From Phycisphaerales bacterium (GTDB lineage: Bacteria > Planctomycetota > Phycisphaerae > Phycisphaerales > UBA5793), in the NCBI GenBank assembly GCA_020852515.1, contig JADZAS010000016.1, positions 186,155-250,154 of the forward strand: a DNA stretch of 64,000 bases. The letters run 5' to 3'. Shown piece after piece: positions 57,509-64,000 of this stretch (position 1 is the first letter of the stretch; each line of letters begins with the position of its first letter). Made by a program: the position numbers and the translations under genes. A model generated the notes under the pieces. It was given only the letters and a program-made list of their open reading frames with translations, had not been told where the DNA came from and searched no databases.

Positions 57509-60094
57509 GTGAACCGTCTCACAGGCGCATCTGCCGGCGTGGCATTGGCCCTAGCGCTCAGCGGCCTGTGGCTGCTGGGCGTGCTGGCGCCGCTGAGCGC
57601 GCTGACGTGGACGTTCATCGTGTCCGGCCCGGAGGCGCTGGAGCGGCTGGCGTCGAGTCCGCTGTGGTCTTGGGCGGCTGTGCCGGCGCTGCTGGGCGTC
57701 ACCTTGGGCTGGTCGCTGGCGATCACGGTCGCGGCCACGCTCATCGGCGTTCCCGTGGCGCTGTGCCTGGCGAGAACTGGCCCGCGCGGCTCGACGTGGT
57801 GGACGGCGCTGTCGGTGGCCGTGCTTTGCATCCCGCCCTATCTGCTCTACTGGGTCTGGGGGCTGCTGCAGTCGCCGGACTCGCCGCTCACCCGCTGGGC
57901 AACCAACCATCCGCAGCGTGCCTCGGCTATTCAGATCTGGCAACTCTGGTGGGGGCTGACGTGGTGGACCTGGCCGCTGGTTGCGCTGGTCGTCACCGCG
58001 GCGCTGCGCCGGCGGCCGCGGGAACTCGATGAGATGCTCGTCATCGATGGCGCCGGAGTTTGGCGAAGACAATGCGCAGCGCTCATGGACGTGCGGCCGG
58101 CGATGGCCTTGGGCGCGGGCGTGGCGCTGCTCTCGACGCTGCTCGGTTTTGCCGCGTTTGATCTCGCGTCGGCGAGTCTGCCCGTTGCGGATACCTACGG
58201 GAGCGTACTGAGGCGGATTCGGTTCGAAGCGGGCGCCGAGGCTGCGATCATCGCGGCCGGCCCGCTCATCGTGGTCAGCCTTCTGCTCGCCGGCCTCGTG
58301 GCGCTTGGAGCGCGAACCGCGTTCGCAGCTGAATCGGAGGACTCGCGGCCGGGCCGGGCCGAAGCGCACATCGGTGCAGGAGTGGCACTGAGCATCTCGA
58401 TCGCGGCGCCGGCGGCGATCATGGCTCTGCAACTCGGCGGCCTTGAGCCGCTGACGCGACTGGGACCGCTCGAGGGACGGGCGATCGGCGAGAGTCTCGC
58501 TTGGGCTGCGTCTGCGGGGCTGCTGCTGGCACTGATGGCGCTGGGCCACTGCTACGGCTGGTCGCACCGCGCACCGGCTGTTCACCGGCTCACGACGCTC
58601 TCAGCCGCGGGCTGGGCCGTCGTGGGGATTCTGCCCGCCGCCACACGAGGAGCGGCGCTTCTGCAGTCACGCGCGATCATCGCCGACCGTTTCACTGACG
58701 GGGTTTATCCCGAGACGCTCTGGATTCCCCTGCCCGGCGCGAGGTACATCGCCTGGCCCGTCGTGGTGATCGTCGGCTATCTCGCTACCTACGGGTTACT
58801 GAGCGTGCTGATCGGCTGGTGGATGGCGCGAAGCGAGGATGAATCGCTTCGCTCCGCCCGGCTGCTCGACGGCGCCACCGGGCTCGTGAACTGGCTGCGG
58901 GCGCGTGGCTGGGGGGTCGGCGCCGCCGCCGCGATGGCCGGAGTCCTCGGAGCGGCCTTGTCGCTGGGCGAGGTTTCGACGACAATGATCGTGCTGCCTC
59001 CCGGTCCGCACAGTCTGACGCAGAGTCTGCTCAACAAGATGCACTACGCGCGCGAAGATTCCGCTGTGGCCACCTGCCTGATGCTGCTGGCAATCGTCGT
59101 TCCGGCCGGCTTTGTGGCGACGATGATCCTCGCCGCGTTGCGCCGGCGCGCTGCGCGCGCGGCACCGGTGCTTCTGGTGCTGGTCAGTGCTGCGTCGGTG
59201 GTGAGCTTGAGCGGTTGCGAGAAGCCGGCCAGCCTCGATGAGGCGCCGTTCGAGCCGGTGATGATCATCGGCTCCACGGGCCGCAGTCCGGGCCAGTTCG
59301 TCTATCCGCGCGGAATGGCCCTGGATCAGGCCCGGCGCCTGTTGTGCGTGGTGGATAAGACCGGTCGCATCCAGCGCTTCGACGCGGCGGGGAAACTCGT
59401 TGACGCGATCGTGCTGCCCAGCTTCGATCGCGGGTTTCCCACGGGTCTAAGCGTCGAGCCGGAAACGGGTCGGCTCTTCGTCGCCGACACCCACGAACAC
59501 CGCGTGCTCGTCTACGACGCGGATGGCCGGCTGGAGCGCACGTTCGGCTCAGAAGGTCAGGAGCCGGGCCAGCTGCTCTATCCGACGGACATCGCATTCG
59601 GGCCAGATGGGGTCTGCTTCGTCTCCGAGTACGGCGGCAATGACCGGATCCAGGCATTTGACGCCGAGGGACAGCCGCTGTACATGTTCGGCGAGTTCGG
59701 CTTTGGAGACGGCCAGTTCAATCGGCCGCAATCCGTCGAGTACGACGCGCAGCGCGATGAACTGGTCATCCTCGACGCCTGCAATCATCGAGTAGTGGTA
59801 ACGGATCGCGAGGGCCGCTGGAAGTTCACCGTCGGGCGGCCTGGCAGCGCATCAGGTGAGTTGAACTATCCCTACGGGCTCGTGCTGCAACCGGACGGGT
59901 CGTTTCTGATCAGCGAGTTTGGCAACAGCCGGATCCAGCACCTCGCCCGGGACGGCCGGTGTCTGGGGATCTACGGCACGCTCGGAGACGACCCAGGCTG
60001 TCTGCAGACGCCCTGGGGTCTCGCGGCCGACGCGCAGCGCCTCTATGTCGTGGACAGTCGCAACGACCGTGTTCAGGTGCTCAAACGCCCTTGA
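57509..60094 (+). CDS. two-domain ABC-type permease reading through in-frame into an NHL-repeat lipoprotein
   Basis: Residues 1-540: 12 transmembrane helices with two EAA-like loops (EMLVIDGAGVWRRQ; ESLRSARLLDGATG). From 59123: RRRAARAAPVLLVLVSAASVVSLSGC, a lipoprotein signal with lipobox, then six NHL repeats. There is no stop codon between the two modules. Confidence 0.5.
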   Translation: MNRLTGASAGVALALALSGLWLLGVLAPLSALTWTFIVSGPEALERLASSPLWSWAAVPALLGVTLGWSLAITVAATLIGVPVALCLARTGPRGSTWWTALSVAVLCIPPYLLYWVWGLLQSPDSPLTRWATNHPQRASAIQIWQLWWGLTWWTWPLVALVVTAALRRRPRELDEMLVIDGAGVWRRQCAALMDVRPAMALGAGVALLSTLLGFAAFDLASASLPVADTYGSVLRRIRFEAGAEAAIIAAGPLIVVSLLLAGLVALGARTAFAAESEDSRPGRAEAHIGAGVALSISIAAPAAIMALQLGGLEPLTRLGPLEGRAIGESLAWAASAGLLLALMALGHCYGWSHRAPAVHRLTTLSAAGWAVVGILPAATRGAALLQSRAIIADRFTDGVYPETLWIPLPGARYIAWPVVVIVGYLATYGLLSVLIGWWMARSEDESLRSARLLDGATGLVNWLRARGWGVGAAAAMAGVLGAALSLGEVSTTMIVLPPGPHSLTQSLLNKMHYAREDSAVATCLMLLAIVVPAGFVATMILAALRRRAARAAPVLLVLVSAASVVSLSGCEKPASLDEAPFEPVMIIGSTGRSPGQFVYPRGMALDQARRLLCVVDKTGRIQRFDAAGKLVDAIVLPSFDRGFPTGLSVEPETGRLFVADTHEHRVLVYDADGRLERTFGSEGQEPGQLLYPTDIAFGPDGVCFVSEYGGNDRIQAFDAEGQPLYMFGEFGFGDGQFNRPQSVEYDAQRDELVILDACNHRVVVTDREGRWKFTVGRPGSASGELNYPYGLVLQPDGSFLISEFGNSRIQHLARDGRCLGIYGTLGDDPGCLQTPWGLAADAQRLYVVDSRNDRVQVLKRP

Positions 60095-60225
60095 AAGGCG
60101 AGTGAGACATGCGCAGAATTCGGGAAACGCTTCTGCAATAGTCGCATCGGGCTGGGCGTTGGAGAGATGACGGCCGGCCGGAGCCGCCGGCGCCGGAGTA
60201 CCCAATCCCGCCAGGAGAGACTGAC

Positions 60226-60552
60226 ATGACTCGAAATCTGTTGACCATCGTGCTGACCGTTCTTGCGCTGCTCGCGTTTGCCCCCACCCAGACGGCCAAT
60301 GCCGCCGAGCCTGTTCGACTGAGCGGGGTGATTTCTGCCGTGGGCGATCACGGCATCGCGCTGCATACCGATCGCGGCGACATCCGGATTCACGTCACCG
60401 AGCACACCCGCATCACGCTCAACGGCGAGCCCGCCCGGCTCCATTCCCTCCAGCGCGGCGATCGCGCCCACGTTCTGGCTGAGTGGCATCGCACCCGCGG
60501 CGGTCGGATGCTCGTCGCGATCCGCATCGAGGCGATGCGCCGGCACCGCTGA
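60226..60552 (+). CDS. small secreted hypothetical protein
   Basis: Signal peptide MTRNLLTIVLTVLALLAFAPTQTANA; 108 aa; followed by a terminator. Confidence 0.55.
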   Translation: MTRNLLTIVLTVLALLAFAPTQTANAAEPVRLSGVISAVGDHGIALHTDRGDIRIHVTEHTRITLNGEPARLHSLQRGDRAHVLAEWHRTRGGRMLVAIRIEAMRRHR

Positions 60553-60588
60553 CGCAACGATCAGCCGAACTCTGATTCGATTGTGAAG

Positions 60589-60630
60589 GAGCGCTCCTCT
60601 CGTGCTCAAGAGCCGAGAGGAGCGTTTTTC
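60589..60630 (+). terminator. rho-independent terminator
   Basis: CGCTCCTCTCG-(11 nt loop)-CGAGAGGAGCG followed by TTTTT, read directly from the sequence. Confidence 0.7.
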
Positions 60631-61801
60631 ATTCCGCTGACCAGTCGAAGGTGTTCAGCGCGAACACGAGGCGATCAACCTGCTCTTCCGTTAAGCCGCA
60701 GTGCAGGCTGAGCCGGACCCGGGCCGTATTGGGCGCGACCGTCGGCGGGCGGATGGCCGGCGCGAGGATGCCGTGCGAATCGAGGTGCGCGGCGAGCACC
60801 AGCGCGCGCTGTGCAGATCCCACGTGGATTGGAATGATGGGCGTCGGATCCATTTGCATCGTCAAGCCGAGGCTGATCAGTCGATGGCGAATCGTCTCGG
60901 ACAGTTCGGCGAGGCGATGGCGCCGCTGCGGCTCGCGCTCAATCACGTCGAGCGCGGCGTCGATCGCCGCCACCTGCGTGGGCGGCGCCGCAGTGGTGTA
61001 GATGAACGATCGGCCGGCGTTGACGAGGCAGTCGATAACGACACGCGGCCCGGAGACGATGCCGCCCAGCGAACCCAGCGCTTTACTCGCCGTCGAGATC
61101 GTCACGTCGGCAACGCCTCTGCTGTCGAGCCCCTGGCCGCACGGTCCGAGCACGCCCGTCGCGTGGGCTTCATCGACGATGAGGCACGCGTCATGGGCGT
61201 CGCGCGCGGCGGCGAGCCTCGGCAGGTCGGCTGCGTCGCCGTCCATCGAGAAGACCGAATCGGTCACAATGAAGCGGGCGGCGTTGGGGTGGGCGCGCCG
61301 GTGGCCGGTCAGCAGCGCATCGAGCCGCTCGTAACGCAGATGCGGAAAGGTGCGGACGGCTGCGCCCTGCGCGGCGGCGAGGCGGGCGCCGTCGAACAGG
61401 CTCGCATGGCAGAGTTTGTCGAGGACGATGATGTCGCCGCGCTCGGCCAGGGTCGAGAGGACGGCGAGGTTGGCCATGTAGCCGGTTGGGAAGAGCAGCG
61501 CCGCCTCGGCCTTCTTGAATGCGGCGAAGCGCGCCTCGAGAGCGGCGTGCGCCTGCCGCGTGCCGCCTGCCAGCCGGCTCGATCCGCTGCCCACGCCAGA
61601 ACACAGCGCCGCCTTTCGAACGCGCTCGATCAGAAGCGGGTGACTGGCGAGCCGGAGGTAGTCGTTGCTCGACAGATCGATTTCAAACGGTTCGGACCCG
61701 TCGCGTCGGACCTGCAGCGAGCGCCACAAGCCGGTTGTCTGCCGCTCGTCGAGACGTTCAGTGAGTCGATCGAACCAGGGTCTGGAGCGTTTGGCGGACA
61801 T
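60629..61801 (-). CDS. bioF: 8-amino-7-oxononanoate synthase (alpha-oxoamine synthase family)
   Basis: Class II aminotransferase fold; PLP lysine context (TISTASKALGSLGG); overall BioF-like blocks. Start taken at MSAKRS (61801); longer ORF start is Pro/Arg-rich. Confidence 0.8.
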   Translation of the reverse strand: MSAKRSRPWFDRLTERLDERQTTGLWRSLQVRRDGSEPFEIDLSSNDYLRLASHPLLIERVRKAALCSGVGSGSSRLAGGTRQAHAALEARFAAFKKAEAALLFPTGYMANLAVLSTLAERGDIIVLDKLCHASLFDGARLAAAQGAAVRTFPHLRYERLDALLTGHRRAHPNAARFIVTDSVFSMDGDAADLPRLAAARDAHDACLIVDEAHATGVLGPCGQGLDSRGVADVTISTASKALGSLGGIVSGPRVVIDCLVNAGRSFIYTTAAPPTQVAAIDAALDVIEREPQRRHRLAELSETIRHRLISLGLTMQMDPTPIIPIHVGSAQRALVLAAHLDSHGILAPAIRPPTVAPNTARVRLSLHCGLTEEQVDRLVFALNTFDWSAE

Positions 61802-61889
61802 GAACGAGTGATGGCGCGTCCCTGAGCGGCGCCAGCGGATCAGGCGCGCTTCATCTGGCCACTGGACCGGCGGGGGGACGAGTAGAGAT

Positions 61890-62276
61890 CTAAAGCCGGG
61901 CGGGACTTCGGGCGCCTGCGGTTTGAACGATGGGCGCGCCGGGCCCGGCAACGCGCCCATCGCGGCCGTCGCGATCCGGCGACGGGGCATCGCCGAAGTC
62001 GACCTTCTCTTTCATGAGGCGGCCGGGCTTGAATTTCACGGAGCATTTCGCCGGAACGTCGACCTTGGCGAGCGTCTTGGGGTTCTGCGCGACGCGCGGG
62101 GCGCGGTGTTTGACTTCGAAAACGCCGAAGTCGCGCAGTTCGATGCGGTTGCCGTTGCCGAGTTCTTCGACGATGAGGTTGAGGAACTCCTGAATGATGC
62201 CCTTCACGGCGACTCGCTTTTCTTTGGTCGTCTCAACGATGCCATCGATGAGATCCTTCTTGGTCACGTTCGGCAT
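61890..62276 (-). CDS. HU/IHF family DNA-binding protein with C-terminal extension
   Basis: MPNVTKKDLIDGIVE...RIELRDFGVFEVKHRAPR..NP.T : HU fold including the beta-arm. About 36 extra Gly/Asp/Arg-rich residues at the C-terminus. Confidence 0.75.
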   Translation of the reverse strand: MPNVTKKDLIDGIVETTKEKRVAVKGIIQEFLNLIVEELGNGNRIELRDFGVFEVKHRAPRVAQNPKTLAKVDVPAKCSVKFKPGRLMKEKVDFGDAPSPDRDGRDGRVAGPGAPIVQTAGARSPARL

Positions 62277-62600
62277 GTGATGCGCCCCCTTCCAGGGATC
62301 CGAGTCGGCAGCCACCCCGACTCTGATTTGGGCTCGCACTTCTCTCTCCTCGGCGTGGAAGAGTGACATTGCTCACCCACCTAGGAGAAACACCTGAATG
62401 ATCGCGACGACCTCCACCGCGCCGGGGACACTCCAGCCGGTGCGCCAGCGTCGGACGCAACCACAACTCCTGTCAGTATGGCGTGTTGGATCGAATCCGT
62501 CAAGGGGCAAAGCGGAGAGAAAACAGGTAATCTGCAGATTTGTCCGCTCAGAAAACCCCACGAATTTTTCTGGAGAGGCGGCCTCGCTGGTCGCGGCGAC

Positions 62601-62997
62601 TCAGCGCGTGGCCCCGCCCTGGATCGATCGGACGGTCGTCTGCGTGCTGCTGCGCGGCCGGCCGGAGAAGTCATACAGCCGGTCGTACTGCGTAATCTGA
62701 AAGGCCCCAAATGCGGAGCGCGGCGGAGGAGCCCCGACCGAGAGCCGCGCGTCGTTGCGGCTGTACTCCCAGTCGTCCCAGGTGAATCCCGGTGCAAGCC
62801 AGCGCGCGGCGAGCATCTGGCGCACTTCGGGCGTGGCAAAGGCGAGTGCGGGGTCTCGATGTGCTCCCTCCGGCGGCGCAGCCGCTGACGCCGGGCGCTG
62901 CGCCGAGCGTGAAAGGCCCTGCGGCTGGGACGAGGCGCACCCGGACAGCAGCGCGGCGATCGCGCAGGCAATGACTGCTCTTGAGTTCATGATCATC
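62601..62997 (-). CDS. hypothetical lipoprotein
   Basis: MIMNSRAVIACAIAALLSGC lipobox; 132 aa. Confidence 0.5.
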
Positions 62998-63090
62998 TTC
63001 TCCTGCCGCAATTGTACAACCGGCGCGCCGGGGCCACCGCACGGCATTTGGACGATAAATGGGCGGCACGCCGCCGTCGCGCCTTGCAGG

Positions 63091-63981
63091 ATGTTGCCGG
63101 GCGAGCACACCGCTGAGGCGGCGGCGCAGCATGGCGGGCTATTGTTGGGCATGGAACTGCCGGTTATCGGAGGGCGAGGTGCGGCGACCATTGAGGCCCT
63201 CGTGCGCGCCGTGCGCAAGGGGAACCTCGAATTGAGCCGCGCCCTTGCGCCGCAGGAGACGCCCCTCGAGGGGGCGCTGGCGCTGTGCAATCAGAATCTC
63301 AGCATGTGCCCAGCGGCCTGTTGCGCTCGCGACGTCCACGTCCCGGCGGGCAGCGATGCCGAGGGCGTGCTCAGCCGAATCGAAGCGCACTTTTCAGCCC
63401 AGCACGCGACGTGTCATCTTCTCGCCCCGACTGCCGCAGCACTCGACGACTCGTGGCACGAGCCACTGACGCGGCGGGACTACACCACGCGCCACCAGGC
63501 CCTTCTGATGCTGGGAACGACCGTTCATTCGCCAAGGCGGCCCGAAGGTTATCAGGTCGTGTCGGCCCGCGCTGTTGTCCCCGGCTACTGCGCGTTTCTG
63601 GATCGCTGGGCGGCGGCGCGCTCCTGCGCTGCCGACTCCTGCCTGGCGGTGTGCGAAGCCGGGCTGCTCGATTCCGATGCGCTCGATGTGTTGGCGGTTC
63701 GCAAGGACGGTCAGGTGGTCGGATGCGTCGGCGCGCTGACCGTCTCCGAGATCGGCATCCTTCGGGCCTTGCGCGTGGACGACCACGCCGACCTCGACGC
63801 CACGGTGGATGCCCTGCTCTGGCACGTGGTCGATCTCGCCAAGCGATCGCAGTTCCGGCAGATTATCGCGGCGGTGGACGAGACGGATGAAACATCAACA
63901 GAAGCGCTGGGCCGCATCGGGATGACGCGCGTAGAAGTCATCGAGCATTACGTGCGCGATGCAGGCGAGGCGGCCGGGTGA
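63091..63981 (+). CDS. hypothetical protein with GNAT-like C-terminal region
   Basis: Start at ATG 63091 (MLPGEHT). C-terminal VLAVRKDGQVVGCVGALTVSEIGILRALRVDDH resembles the acetyl-CoA-binding core of GNAT acetyltransferases. Confidence 0.4.
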   Translation: MLPGEHTAEAAAQHGGLLLGMELPVIGGRGAATIEALVRAVRKGNLELSRALAPQETPLEGALALCNQNLSMCPAACCARDVHVPAGSDAEGVLSRIEAHFSAQHATCHLLAPTAAALDDSWHEPLTRRDYTTRHQALLMLGTTVHSPRRPEGYQVVSARAVVPGYCAFLDRWAAARSCAADSCLAVCEAGLLDSDALDVLAVRKDGQVVGCVGALTVSEIGILRALRVDDHADLDATVDALLWHVVDLAKRSQFRQIIAAVDETDETSTEALGRIGMTRVEVIEHYVRDAGEAAG

Positions 63982-64000
63982 CGGCCCGAACGAGAGTCAA

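Noticed and set aside
60701-61825. 374-aa + ORF
   Set aside because: Antisense to bioF. Arg/Gly/Asp-rich.

Overview
High-GC (about 65-70%) bacterial chromosome segment with dense shadow ORFs on non-coding strands; the gene content and the expanded large pseudopilin set suggest a Planctomycetota-like organism. Most of the window is core housekeeping and envelope genes. The strongest unusual signal is a compact low-GC (about 50%) insertion at ~5.09-6.65 kb with two overlapping genes: a SMODS-type nucleotidyltransferase (GS-x-DxD motif) and a SLATT-type two-transmembrane effector. This is a minimal CBASS-like candidate anti-phage or abortive-infection module. It abuts a truncated secretin (GspD/PilQ-like) remnant and is preceded by an ORF-free stretch with hairpin and direct repeats. 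Other accessory scars are a low-GC patch at 23.3-24.6 kb (Ogr/Delta-like zinc finger, lipoprotein, small ORF) and tRNA-Val(CAC) followed by a decayed P4-type integrase N-terminus plus pseudogene fragments. Other features: a complete co-linear Pho regulon block (nptA-phoBR-pstSCAB-phoU) on the minus strand, a 16-kb pilus/T2SS-like cluster with six large pseudopilins (one 1344 aa, GspK-like) and three secretion ATPases, a 1457-aa AsmA-like protein, pqiAB, bioF and trpD. All calls come from reading motifs in the supplied translations; no database searches were run.
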